Source: Lytechinus pictus
Taxonomy: Eukaryota
Reading direction: 5' to 3'
NCBI RefSeq assembly: GCF_037042905.1
Contig: NC_087248.1
Coordinates: forward strand, 17,360,001 to 17,424,000
Length of the DNA: 64,000 nucleotides
Within the stretch, counting starts at the first letter, position 1; each line of letters starts with the position of its first letter. The translations under genes and the position numbers were made by a program. Shown here in pieces: positions 1 through 14,600 of the stretch. Under the pieces are notes generated by a model. It had not been told where the DNA came from, ran no database searches, and saw only the letters and a list, made by a program, of their open reading frames with translations.

Positions 1-590
1 AGAAAATAAACGAAGTTCGAGTGCTATTGTTCCGATCTCACTAGCGTGGTTGAAGTTTATCTACGTTAGATCTGAACATACTACTCATGTACAATGGAAA
101 TAATTGTAGACGCTAAAAACGGATTGTTTTGATAAAGGATGAAACATGGCATTTGGTGGCAAATAAAATTATATATTGAGATTTATCACATAAGTCATAT
201 CAATGTCCTAAACTACCAATTTTGTTATTTCGTTGCCAAAGGCCTGAAGAAGACACATAAGTGTAAAAAATGGTAAAGGGGTAGATGATAAGAGCAATGG
301 AAAGATAAAATGGGAGAGAGGGAGAAAGAGGGGAAGAGAAGAAGACTCAATGAGATAGAAACAAAAAGAGGATACATACGTAGACAGATATAGGGCCTAT
401 AAAAAGATAGGTGGAGATCTATACCACCAAAACATACACATATGCATGAGTATTATATAAAGCACACACACCCTCACACACCCCATATATACACGAGATG
501 ATAATAGATTCAAGATGGATAGATAGATAAATATATGAATAAATACATACACAGAAAGTAAGAAAGAAAGAAAGAGTAAGATAGATAGGA

Positions 591-765
591 NNNNNNNNNN
601 NNNNNNNNNNNNNNNNNNNNNNNNNNNNNNNNNNNNNNNNNNNNNNNNNNNNNNNNNNNNNNNNNNNNNNNNNNNNNNNNNNNNNNNNNNNNNNNNNNNN
701 NNNNNNNNNNNNNNNNNNNNNNNNNNNNNNNNNNNNNNNNNNNNNNNNNNNNNNNNNNNNNNNNN
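591..765. other. Assembly gap
   Basis: 175 N. Confidence 1.
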
Positions 766-792
766 ACTTAGTTCCAACAGTTTATTTTGAAT

Positions 793-831
793 TCCAAATT
801 TTCGACGTTAAACATACGTCTTCTTCAGGGA
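793..831 (-). ncRNA. Minimal type I hammerhead ribozyme motif, probably a Penelope-like retroelement pseudo-LTR remnant
   Basis: Minus strand TCC-CTGAAGA-A-GACGT-atgttta-ACGTC-GAA-AATT-T-GGA, followed by AATAAA: core boxes, 5-bp stem II, palindromic stem III, 3-bp stem I. Confidence 0.6.
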
Positions 832-3800
832 TACAATAAAGCTCACAGTGACAAGAACTGAAATAATAACATTCATGATTGTGGTAGTCATGGAATATGT
901 ATTTAAAGAACTCTTTAATATAGATGATTGTCGATTAATGATCAACATAATTATTTTGTAGATTAAGCGTTGCAGATAACATTCTGAAAATTATAAATCA
1001 GATATACAAGAATCATAAATACACAGACATATTATCTTCTCGTTCACACACACATATATATATATATAGGTTGGATGGACAGATTGATTGATTGATTGAC
1101 TGACTAATTGAATGATTGATCGATTGTTAGGCAAATTGAAAATCAAAAGATGGATTGAGGAAGATGAATGGGAAAGGGAAAGACAGATAACACGGTGGAA
1201 TGATAGAACATGAGTAAGCACTAAGCTCATCTTCTTATCATATTCAAACATCCAAGACACAGTGTGGTTGCGACAGAATCATTATCACACAAAAAAATAT
1301 CCTCTTCAGAATGATTGACATCCGCAAACATTTAAACGAAATCTATTTGTCACTTGGCAGCCAGCTAGCCGCGTATCTGCAAGATTGCTTTTTAGGATAA
1401 TGCCGGGAGGGCCAGAAGCCATCGGTATGGCGTATGATATCAAACGAGAATAAACGTTTACTCTAGCAAGAAAGCCGCATGAAATTATCACACCCATCAG
1501 AGTCATTTATTCTCATTATCTCGTTCCATCGAATCATTAATAATCTTCAAATATTTGCCACCGGGTCTGTGGGGGTATTGATTCAACAAACCATCTATTA
1601 GTATTTGGTGCAAAGTCACACGACGTGTAATGAGCAAACACAGTCCTAAGAAAAGAAATCAGCTGTCGGAAATTAAAATGTCCCTGGGTTATGGATAAAT
1701 GAATTCAATCACTGTCTCTGATAGGCCACTAAAATGTTTTCGCGCCAATTTCTAGATCCAACCTAATCCACTCCTTCTCTCAAACACAACTCTCAATTAC
1801 CATCTCTTGCTACCCTCCAATCCTTTTCGTGCTCCCCTCTCTCCCTCTTTCACTCTCTCTCTCTCTCATTCACACCCCTTAATGGCCTACTGTATCTCTT
1901 TTTGGCATTTATTTCTCCCTTACACATCTCTCTGTCCGACCATGGACCTATCCATGGTCCGACATCCCCATTTTCTATTACGTCATTTCTCAAATACTTT
2001 TCCATTCTCTCTCTACATTAACATATCATTCCCCTTGCTTCTTTTTATCTAAAATCTTATATGTTCCTTTATAATTTATTTCCATCTTACTCGCCCTTCC
2101 TCTATCACTGCATCTATCTATGTCTGCCTCTCTCCCTCTCCCTCTATTTATTACTACCCCCCCCCCCTCTGTCTCTCTACATTTATCCATCCATCTTCTT
2201 TGCTACTTTTTATCTCCACTTTTTTGTATCCATCACTGTCTCTCTCTATAGGGATGTTTGCGTGTGTGTGTGTGAGAGAGAGAGGGTGTATGTCTGTGTG
2301 TCTCTCTCGCTCCATCCCTCATTCATTCCATCAGAGCGAACCGTACTACCGGGGGGATATAATGTGAACGAAGCTAATTTCAAGAGTCAAGAAACCCGAT
2401 ATCCCTTCCTCTCCCCCCTCGGCACACATTTTAGAATCGATTAAACAGACATTACTCGTGTCTTCGCGCGCTTACAATCGATGTTGTAAATATCATTTAT
2501 TAGGTTAAAGCGACATTCGTGTAATGGAATACCCGGATTGCTATTGATATGAAACTGGGGTTTTAATTCAAATGTAACAGAAGCAGGAAAGTGTCCCTTC
2601 GAGTAGTAGGAGTACATTGGAATGTGTTTTTGCAGTGTACGTGCTACGTGGTTGCTCCGGGAAAATCTTGTTAGTGAGTATCAGTGCAGTTTTCGCTTCT
2701 GTATTCCCTAAATACAGACCGCTATATAGAAGATAGTTTTCTGGAATTATAGAATTGAACACGAATGTTCCTCTACTGAAGATCTTGAACAACTGACTGG
2801 TATCCGGATTAGGATTGAAAATTCTCTTTGAGAATAGTGCAAGTGATTCTTTAAATTTCTTAAACAGTATTGAACCATGCTCGTAATGATGTTGAGTAAT
2901 ACTTACAACCTCATTCACCATGTTCATGACGCTATGTCGTCCTAAAGTGATAGTCTAAAGTCCCAGTAACTTATTAGAAGGTACGCTTCAATTCCGATTG
3001 AAAACCTTTCCCTAAAATTCGGAAAATAAAGATAATAACTACAACACTATTGAATATGAAAGAGGGAAGTGCATTGTCCCTTGGTATTAGGTGTACACGT
3101 GGCGATAACTCTGTGATTGCTGATTGTCGTAAAGACAAGTGTGAATTTGAATGATAATGATGACGAAAGACAAATGCAATTTATCTTCTAAAGCTCACCG
3201 TGACACAAATAAAGACTTTATTTCTGAAAGGGATGTTATTCATGAGCTGATGAGTGGCAGCCTGAATTTCAAATATGTTAAGTATCGTATTCGATATTGC
3301 TTAAAACCATATAGGCGTCCATTTCCTGGAAACATCACATTTCTGACCGATGGCTCTGTGACCTTCTGCTACTTATCAAAGTCACAGTGATCTCCTAATT
3401 GAGATATCTTACAGCTCTCTGAAATGACATGGCGTTCATTCAGCCCCATTTTCATCCCGAACCTGTTCCTAAGGGTGACGAATTACAGCAGGCCGAAAGG
3501 TATCGGGGACGAGGTATCTTTCATTATTTCTACACGATGCCCATCAGTTTCCGGTTGCTGGAACAGATTTGAAATTATTGTGGTTTCGGACATGACTGGA
3601 AGAGATGGATCATTGGGGACGCCTTCTCGAGGTGTTTTCAAGAAAAGGCTTGACCAAGCAAATAGTTTCTCAAGAGGTTGAATGTTTCCATTCTAACAAT
3701 ATAGAATTTTTCCTCGAAAGAAATAATGTCTTCCTGTTATAAAAACAATTCCCTTTACCTTAGACAGATCCAGGAGTTTGCTCTAATAGACTAAAATGTA

Positions 3801-6800
3801 TATCACCCTGCAATGAATAGGTGCGGATATGGTGACATAATTTCATTTTTGTAACGAGTCCTGAGAGAAAATTTACAGTTCAGTTTTATTCGATAAAGAA
3901 TTTCTTAAACAATTGAAAGTACGTCACTATATCGAGAAAAACTTATATCGAAAATAAGGTGTTGTGAGCCTGTTCTTCTTTGACATCTAATTTTAGTAGA
4001 CTTATCTTCTAAGAACACAGGATGTTTGAACAACCATTTGGGGAAGGGCTTTGGCTACATCTACTTGGGTTTATCATGTCTATAGAATGTTATATTTGAA
4101 TGATGAGATATTCTTGCAAAGATGATGGGATTGTACAGACAGACGGTTAGTCAACCTAAGAAATGAGAAGCACAGACATACGATCTAGTTTACATTCCAA
4201 TTCTACTTGAAAACTCATCTCTCTCTCTCCCCCCCATATCTATCCCGATGTGCACCATTGGCTCTCGCTATTCCTTCCTTCATGTCCTTGCTGGTTCGAC
4301 TATCAAAATGAAATAATTCAATTTCAGATGTATGTTTTCTCCATTTTAAACAATAAGGCGAGAAAATGGAATTAAATTGAAACGTGCGAAGGGTTGTAAA
4401 TTAGATTAATAAATGACGCTAGGCACTGAAGGCGTTTTCTATTTCGAGTGAACTTGAAAGAAAAAAAAGAAATGCTGCAATCCAGCCCTGAAAAATCATG
4501 TCAGTACTTTGTGCTTCCTTTCGAAAATGAGGAAAATATGAAATACAATGCACAACATCAGAATTTGTTTGAAATGTCTTGACAAAATCGTTAATTATTT
4601 GGTATGTTTTATACAACCTTTATTTGATTCATAAGCACATATTTACACATCGTTGTGTCAGGCATATTAAACTAGAAAGACATTCATTGACATGATTGAC
4701 AAAACATGTATTCATCCCTTGAGGCGCCACTTCACTTAAACTACTTTGACAACATGATATCACCATTAAAAATTCATTCACGTTTTTTATATACGAGTGT
4801 ACAAAACAGCAGTTTGTTCTCTCATTGTAATGAGGGAATCGAATGTATTTTTATTAAGAATCAAATAAAAATGTGAACTGATTACTCCATTATGTCATCA
4901 TCATTTCAAGGATTTCATAATGTATGCTATGGACATAGAAGAAAAAGGCATGTCAATGACAACCAAACAAGGCGTGTAAGAAGGTTTTAGAAGCCCTTTT
5001 CTAAAGAATTGTTATTGAAATTGTAGTCGTGAATATATGTACCTTTGTATTTACGGAATTATACCTCTTTCCAAGTGGAAGAGAAATATAATTCCTAACA
5101 TTTAATGAATATACTATTATAATAACAACCAGCATTTAGTACGTTCTTTCTTCATGGGTCAGTATATCATATCGTTTACAAAACAACAAATTAAGTACTT
5201 AATTCAGATACAAATATAAAAAAATACATATACTTTTAAAAAATGATGGAAATGACTAATCAAGGGAATATATGTAGATTTTTGTTCAGTTCGATGAGAG
5301 GGAAAGAATTCCACAGTCCTAGAATAAGCCGTGAATTTATACAAAGTTATACACTACAAAGTTTTAATAGTCTGGTTCTACAAAGTTATATGCCTGCATT
5401 TATTACACTCGCCATCTGATGTCTGGGCGTTTATTGCGTTTATATCAAGTCACCGTTTGCATGTCTTAGCAAGCTTACGAAAGTCTGAAGTACCCATATT
5501 AGTTTCTTATTCAAAAGATCTACTTAGGAAATAAAATCCAACAAGTGCAATCTGTTTTTCAAAATTTGAAGGACGCTTTTAGGTATTGTCCTGGACTTAA
5601 AAGATGCTTTGGAGATTATGGAAAAATATTTTGGACGATTTCGCACCTGGACAATGTATTAAAGAATGACCATCGGAGGTTGTCCCTTTCATTGTCTGTC
5701 AAAATCTGTAAAGTAAAAAAGGACACTTCGCAGGAGAGGGATTAAGAAGCTAAAAGATAGTTTTAAGTCTTGTTGTCCCTTGTAAGAAAGGATTTTGAAT
5801 TAACTGATGGACATGGTTTGACATACACACATCGCCAAATAGACTTAAGAACTATTTTGACCAAACTGATTTAAACTGACTATTCTGCTGTTTGCCAGGG
5901 CCACTTTCTACACCTTGGGAATAATGGATAAACTTAAACACTGTACAGTATGATAAGTAATCAATTAAAGCATATCATATATATATATACTGTATATACT
6001 TAAGATAATGACAGAGAAAATATCAATAGAAAATAAGATTGTAAATATCTACATGTCGTTTTTTTTAATAAGTTTTTGTTATCAAACATACGTGCATATA
6101 TTGTAAATAAGTATTTTTTTCCTCGGAAAGAAAGTGGAAATCAGTTTTTATCTCTATGTCTTTTGACATTTTCACAGGAAGATTCAATGAATAAAATGAC
6201 TGCAAATGTCTTGTTTTTTGTAACAAATGTCCAAGATTTTGACTACCGGTACTTGCGATTGTAGAATCACGCAGAGAAAAAATGCCTTCGTCAATGGATT
6301 TAGAAGAGAGGAGAAATGGAGAGAGCATAAAAAGCTGTGTAATTGACACAATACAAATGCACTCAACCTTCATAGCTTTACCTAGCAAAATGTTATTGTG
6401 TCCTTAATTTGATGGCAGAATGTTTCATCCACATAATTTTTTTAGCTGATAGATCATTATAGGAGCGTCTGTAGTGTTGCTATGGTAACCGAGGGCATCT
6501 CTTCCGATTTTTTTTCTGATTTGAGGTAATCAGAGCATTAAACAGAGGAAGAAAAAAGAGAGAATATATAATCATCACCCTGATATATTGCTAGAAGCCA
6601 TTTTCTACAGTCCTACCAATTTTTATCTTGGACCTATCAACCATCCATTTTCCCCTGTCCTACTTTTTGTTCTGTGTCAAATCGTGTCGCTATATGACTA
6701 ATACCCATTTTGATTTTCAATCAGGATAAGTACTGAACTTGCCCCCAAGGATGTTAAAACCCTTGAAAAGTATATGTTTTACGCCACATCTAAAAATATG

Positions 6801-9800
6801 ATCAATGAATAATGCTAGTTTGTCAAGCTGCCAGCATGCTAAGTAGAATCACCATGATTACCGACAGTGTGGAATAACCAAAGTTTTCCGTACAATAAGT
6901 CAAAGCAAAATAGTAAATGATAATGGGCCTACAAATGCATCGGATACTTCAACTCTACGTCTATCATATTGCGCTATATGCATGACGTTAACAAGCATAC
7001 AGCACAGCATAAGCTGAAAGCATTTAATTAACCTACTTTTCTTTAATTCTCAGATTTTGTCTTCGGCGTTAATCTCTACCTCTCATTTTCTGTCATTTCG
7101 GCGACAGGCTAGGACTACGGTGACTTTGATGAGACTGCTTTAAGGGAAATAAACGTTAGTTCTCGGATAGCATGATGTATAAACAGGTAGAATGTCTTTT
7201 TGACTTTTACCTTCCTCGATCGAAAGGGCACTCTCGATTATCATTGAAACTTGCTGAAGGTGAACTACAGTATCACTGTTTGCCTCAAATGATACAGCGA
7301 TGTATCGCCACCTTGTCCTATTTCGACGGCTCATATTACGCCCTTGATCACCTCTCGACAATTAATGCTTCCAGCAATAAACACGAGATGACAATTGTAC
7401 AAACGATCCCTGATCTGTCTTCCTCATGCTCCCAGTCACACCAATGAAGCTGACCCCAGACCGATCACAGATATCACGTTATTTCCAATGGCATTTCATC
7501 GGCCGGTTCGGAGTGGCTTCGTAGGTATGGCTGAGGCATGACACCCGGACTGCCATTGAGAAATAAAAAGATCAGTTTACATACATCCATTGTGACCCTT
7601 CGTTTTCTTTTCAAGATAGAAAAGTATTGCGTTGATTCCCCGATGATCTCATAAAGAAAGCTGTTGGCGGCATGCCGGTAAACAATGTTATATGATCCGC
7701 TATGTCGGGTAAACACGTATGGTTGCAGGTTGTGGGGACTAGATTAGTGAAGTGCCTCCTAACACGGTACGTTTTGGTTTTGAGTGCTCTGGTATTTGTC
7801 CAGGTAACTGGGTAAAGGATCGGCATACCTACCTCGTGGCGTGATAGACTAAAGAAACTGAAGAGGCAGTGGTTAATATTACAGAATGCATGTCTTTCAG
7901 CTGGAGTGGTCAGCTAAAAGTTACAGAGGATATCGATAAGTTCTTCGTCCATTATGGGGTATTTTTAAAGCAGTTGTTCCCATCGGTGTCTCCTGAATCT
8001 CTTATCATCTGTACCTAAATATCCGATATTATGAGGAATTTGATTGTAGTCCGATCTACCTTCATGTTGTTTTAAGATTTAGTTATTTATAAAAAAAATA
8101 GTTATAAAAAATATTAATGAACATCTCATTTCATCTGATCAGACGTCATTGTTCTCACAATGGTCTCTCTCTCTCTCTCTCTTTCTCCCCTTCTCTGTTC
8201 TCTGACTTTCTGTATGTCTCTCGATTTCTCTATCCAGTTATCTATTCATCTATCTATCTATCCATCTATCTATTTCTTTCTCTCTCTCTCTCTTCACTCT
8301 GCTCCTCTACCATGTCTACATTCCTTTTATCATTCCTCCCCATGCATCTCCCTCTATTTTTTTTTATATTCTCTTATCCCACCATCCATCCCCTCCTTTC
8401 CCGTCTTCTTTACCACAATTGCATTAATTCTTTCCAATCAACTGAAATCGGAACAAATTAAAGCAGTGCAATGCTCAAGAAGGTGAAATCGTACAAATCG
8501 AGTGACATGTGATTCCTTTTCTCCATTACTAGGACATGAATTGTTAATGAGTGTTTTAATCGAGAGCTGTTAGAGTGGCAAAGAGAGATGGTCCCCGGGG
8601 ATCGCATCATCCCTCAATGGTGTTCTATGAGGTTGGCCAACCCGAGAGAAACGGTTCTATATTAGTGTGATTGAGGGCGATGTTAAACCAAGCAGCCTCT
8701 AAAGTCATTCACTATAGTCATGAAACACAGAGAGAGAGGGAGAGGGGGTGGTTTTTAAATTGAAAAAAAAAACTCTGGAGGTTTTATCTACGTCACATTT
8801 CTGAGTTAGGAATATGAAGGTAGTAAAAAACATGTATGCTTATTATCACCCATTTAATGTTAGACGTCATTCTATCATGATAACATTCTTTGCGGGTTTC
8901 GTTCTCGAAACAATTGCAAACTTCATATCAAAATTGTTCCCATTTTTACAGACATATTAAAGCAGCAAGTCAGTTTTTCATTGTTTCCATTTTTAAAAGC
9001 TATTTTAGAGGAAAATACTGATATCATATAGGAATTAATATGCAACCATGAGAACTGGATCGAAGTATATAACGCACTGTATTATGTACAACCATGATAA
9101 AAGTTCTGTCGCCTATAATCATAATAACCTTGATAAATAATTACTTATTCTTTAGTTAGACGTCATACGTTATCTTTCTGCAAGTTATTATACATTATTT
9201 CAAACTTATTTGCTACTGACATTTCACTTTTACGCCATTTCAATGCATAGGCTAGGCACGATAACGCAACGGACCGATGTTTACGATGCGAACGTCATCG
9301 GGCGAAACCTGTCTTCCGCCCTTCACTAATTGTTTTCTTTTAATCCCTCAATCAATACGAACTGGACTAAGACCACAATGGTCTAACAGCGCACGGGTGA
9401 TTGGAACTCAATGAAAGGATTAATATCCAAGGTTTTTGGAGGAGGCGAGGAAACCTTTCTCATGAATATTAGATGAAATCATGAAGTAGGTCACGTGACA
9501 AGAATAACGCGTTTGAATAGTCGAAGCCCCAGATAGAAATAAACGTACAAATAGCACCTTAACCGAATTAGTCTATAACCATTTTCGCCATACTTATCTT
9601 CTAGTATTTTGAAGGATGGATTTATATGTCAGGAAGAATTACGACGAAAAGAAATATGCATACTTTTGAACCATTATTTGTTTATGTATATTCTAAGTAG
9701 GGATTTCCTTTTTTATCATATTAATACTTTTGATTGAAATAGGAATATAAAAATGCAGAAGGTTCTCAATTTCGTTCCATATCCAACCAATTGCATCAAT

Positions 9801-10368
9801 ACTCGAAATTTCTGGTTCAGAGCTAAATAACATAATCGCATTCATCTATTAATTTCCGTTCGATTATAATGTCATTTTTTTTTACTCTCCACTGTTATCG
9901 CAGTTTTGATTTCAAATAGCCTGGACTAAACAGGCAGAATGACATTGATTTCATCCTTCACGATCAACACTCTGGAATCAATTTCACGTCTCACATCTGA
10001 ATAAGATTTAAAAAATATCTATTTCATCTTATTTGAAGATTCGTATGCATAGAAACATGTAACACACAATAATCATGCGACGTGATATTTATGAAATTGG
10101 GCCTTTATTATTATAAAACCAAACTATAGATCTTCCCCCATCTTTACGTATAAGCCTAAATCATAATATGGTTGACTCGGAGGTGCTCTCATTAAATCAA
10201 TATGGGATTACGCTAAATAAAGCGAGTAATGGTTCGAAAATGACTCGATTAAGCTTTGGTTGAGTTCGTCTCAGAACATTAATGTCTAGCTGATTTTAGA
10301 AATACAATGTTCTGTCGAGTTTGACTTTCATGAATGCTCTTACCTTTATACCTCAGAAACGTTTGCTC

Positions 10369-10498
10369 AACGGCGGCCGTACGACGAGTCGAAAACAACC
10401 GTTTTAACATATTTTTTTTAATATAGCTACACCTACATGTAGGTGGTTTGAATAAATATGAATAAAACGGCTGTTTTCGACTCGCCGTACGGCCGCCG
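10369..10498. mobile_element. CpG-rich palindromic MITE
   Basis: ACGGCGGCCGTACGACGAGTCGAAAACAACCGTTTTA / TAAAACGGCTGTTTTCGACTCGCCGTACGGCCGCCGT. Confidence 0.82.
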
Positions 10499-11263
10499 TA
10501 GGGGAAATGTGACTGTAGCATAATACGTTCACTTTCCACCCCCCCCCCCTTTCCCATGTCTAAACATCTATCTATGTCGTTTAGATTTCCTCTACCCCCT
10601 CCCCTGCCGCTCATCTAGCGATGTCATTTTCTAACCCTTTATTCGTTTTCTTTCCTCTCATACCATTCCACTTATCATGCCTAAAATATATGTACCTTCA
10701 GGAGTGGCGGTTTTATTTATGAGAAGGGGATCGGAGGGGGCATGGTATAAAACATAATCATGTGGGCCATCCTGGGAAAATGGGTATTATAGGTGAAATT
10801 TTGGATTTTGGTTTTTTTATGTTTTCTGGTACATGGACACATGTACAATGTGTATACAAAATATTAGAGTCTAATTCATATTTAAATTAGAGATATGGCC
10901 AATTGAATCAGGGGTACCCCCCTCCCCCTGCCTGGCTGTATGGGTCGTCATGGTAGTCGGGCTTATTATTCATCTTTTCATGATAGGGAAATGTTGGTTC
11001 TTTTGTAACGCCCAACATACCTGACATAGGCGAGGTGATCTTTTGCAGTGCAGACATAATTTTTATATATACACAGCTAGGCGAATACAATAAAACAAAT
11101 TATTCTACATATTCAACCTCACCCACACTAGAACCCACACCCACACACTCACATTACATGCAAAAAAACCCTTATGGAGACTATTTGTCATACTATATAT
11201 AGTTCGTCATAGCGCGTAGTTTTAACATGAGAGGAGGTTCCCAGATCCAATGACCAGGGGAAG

Positions 11264-11606
11264 ATGGGGTTGGGTTATTCATCTGATTTTTTTTTTTGGG
11301 GGGGAGGGGCAGCTTATCATTTTTTGGGGGGGTGCCCACCCCCACAGGCGCCGCAGAACATTTTTTGAAAATGGGAGGGGCTGTCCATGCAAAAAAATCA
11401 CAATCAAATGTAATTTTTTACATGTTTATACATGGGGTTGGGTTATTCATCTGATTTTTTTGTTGTTGGGGGGAGGGGCAGCTTATCATTTTTTTTGGGG
11501 GGTGCCCACCCCCACAGGCGCCGCAGAACATTTTTTGAAAATGGGAGGGACTGTCCATGCAAAAAAAGTCACAATCAAATGGTAATTTTTTACATGTTTA
11601 TACATG
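11264..11606. repeat. Tandem duplication of about 168 bp
   Basis: ATGGGGTTGGGTTATTCATCTG...GGCGCCGCAGAAC...TTTTTTACATGTTTATACATG occurs at 11264 and 11432. Confidence 0.92.
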
Positions 11607-14600
11607 CGTTCTGGGGGAAAAAAGTGGGGCCAAAGCCCCTGCCCACCTCCATCCTAGATTTGTCCCTGCCCTTAACCCCCCCCCCCCCAAAAAAAAAAAA
11701 AGACATCACCATGCTGTTTGTCCATACTTCACTTTCTCGCAAAGTAAAATCTAAAAAAATCATGCTTAAGCTTTGGAAAATAACCACAAACAAAATTCAA
11801 TTTTGCAAAACCAAGTTTTTTCGGTGGCAATACACAATAGTGAAAAGCTGATGCGAGCTACATTTCATAAAGATTTAATATGACAGCAACTCTTGATGAA
11901 ATATCAACTTTCATTGAACTAGCGAATCAGGAAGCAGAAGGTTCACTGTTTTCATGGTAGTTTTCATTCGAGCAAGGGATCATATCCATATTTAATGAAA
12001 TGGTCCACATTTGGTTTCTTTTTAGGGATGGGGTAGTCATGAAAATATATTTCACAAATTGCTGCCAAATTATCTGGATCACTGAAAGATTTTTTTTAGG
12101 TCACTTCGTTTGAAAAGAAGAATAAAACTAGGCATAAAAACTTGGCTCCACATATTAATACGACAGGTATTATAACTAACAAATACTCACAAATACATAG
12201 TCATCTTTTCTCTGCTACACTCTGTACACGTGTGTAATGATATGCGTTGTAAACATCTTATGCTTGAATGAGAAAATAATATCAGAGTTTAATTCTTGAT
12301 ATGGAAGAGACTACATACATTTACTCTCTTCTATGCAGCAGTATTAGCAAAACTCAGGAATGTGCATCGCTCTCCACTGTTCAAATTTGCACTAAAAATG
12401 ATATAAAACACGATAATCTCTCCTTAGTGTGTGTGTTTAACATTATCACAAACTTCTTAATACAGCAGCAAACTTACCACATTTCAATTTTCTACAATGA
12501 CATCCTTCTAATGGGTTAGCAAACGTTACAAATTAAGTTTAATTTTTTTATCGAAAAACTTCAGAGTTTGTTCATTCAAAGTAAAACATGTATTCATTGT
12601 TCAATTTCCTCTCCTACCGGGGAGGCCGCGAGGTGCCTTGTCCTCATCTAAGATCTTTCCATATATCATATTCCCTCTATTTGGAAAATCCAGTTGATAG
12701 CTTATCTGGGAGTATCTGAGAGACTATGCCAGCAGGGTTCACCAAAGGGGATAATTTTCTTCCTCTGCATTGTTTGCTTTCTTCATGTTCCAGTCTTAAA
12801 AATGCCACGTTCCGATGACTCAAATCTACATGTTTGATGAATGCAATTGAAAAGTTCACCGATATTAATGTGTTATAAAAACAGTCACATTACACTCTCA
12901 TTTCTTGATGATTCATGGACATTTATCAACAACATGATATTTGAAATACATTAACTTTTCACTCTTTGGCTTTGTGTAAATGTTACTTGTATTTCTAATA
13001 AAGGTGGAAGTACTCCCTGATGTCATATTTTTCTACGAAAAATAATAAGATTTAACTATTGTTGGGTAAAAAAATCCCTCCAAAATTCATGAGATGTTCA
13101 TATTTAAATGTTTAATTTGATATATCACTTGCAAAAAGGTTTCTCTGCATGAGCCTTTATCCAAATTCTGGGGTTTTTTTCTTCATTTTTTATTGTTTTT
13201 ATCATTTTATATTTTTTATATTTTCCATAATTCTAGATTTCATGTACTAATAGTGGTTAAATAAATTTTAAAACAATATCTTATAAAACGGCAATTAATT
13301 CGTGGAAAAATCGGTTACAACTGACATGATAAAGTAAAAACTGGCACACTATTTTTATATAGAATATGGATAAAGCATGGAAAGCTACCTGAAGCTGTGG
13401 TAATGGTGAATCCCATATCAGAGTCTTAAAGTACTTCTTGAAGGGCTGCTGTCAGCTGTATGTTGGTTCTGAGATGTCTTGTCCTCACTGCACTAATATA
13501 GTTGCTCTGTAGATCCCGTGCCTTTAACATGTTTAACACAACGAAAGAAAAGGCCAATTAGTTAACAAATTTTCAAAGTTAAAGTTTATTTTATAAAAAA
13601 AACACTACTTAAGAAAAAAACTATAAGAAAAAACAATTAAAACTATAATTTTTTTTTCAAAAATATGTCTTTTCATTTTTTGTTATAATATTGAATGATT
13701 TTGTGTAGAAAGTTGGCGAACCTCATGTAATGTAGCTCGACCAGATTGTAGAAAAATAAGAAATACCCCCCACACCCGCCCCCAAAATATATTGTTATTT
13801 TTGAATAAATTTCTTATAAATTGTGACAATCTGTTTTCTAGTTATAATTTCAATATCATTTGCACAGCTTTGGTGAAGCTCATACCAAATAGACCCCACC
13901 CCCGCCGAAAAAAAAAACAAATTTGAAATCAGAAGTCCGACAAATAAGAATTTGTTAGAAGAGGGGATTTGAAAAATGTCCATAATTAACCGATTTAAAA
14001 GTGTACTCCGAGCTGAAAATAATTTCATCAAATGTAAGCAAATGCTGCAAATTTCATCAAAATCTGATAACAACTAGATCTAAAAGGGTTTGTCATGCAT
14101 TATAAAAACAGTTATATGCACGTCTTAATAAATATTCGTTAGATGGGCTGATGATGACACCCCACTTTAACTTTTCTTATAACAAAACATGAACTCATAC
14201 TTATTTTATTTGGTCATACGTGTGTGAATGATATGTCACCTTTTTGCATTAATTAATATCTAGTCTTGGAGGGGGGGGGGGGGGGGGATAGAACAAACAT
14301 AATTTCATGTAACAAGGTGAGACATCTTTGCATCAGTTTGTCAAGTAAATTCATAAAAAACATGCATGCATAGGACTGTTTCACCGAAATCCATATCTTT
14401 AAAGTATCATAGCTCTTTTACTCCTTGTCCAATTTTGATTTTTTTTTATATACATTTTTTACAAACTTGTTGCATGTGATAGATTTAACTTAAATGGTTA
14501 CAAGTATGTAACGAAGGCCTATCTAAGTACTTGCAGATCTAGATCTAGTTGATAGCCTAGGTATACATAAGTTAGATCTTAAAAAGGCCGTCAAAGTCCC

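Noticed and set aside
7702-7815. Signal-peptide-like ORF MSGKHVWLQVVGTRLVKCLLTRYVLVLSALVFVQ as receptor exon 1
   Set aside because: Its donors are phase 0 or 2, the exon at 25554 needs phase 1, and no intervening ATD exon was found.
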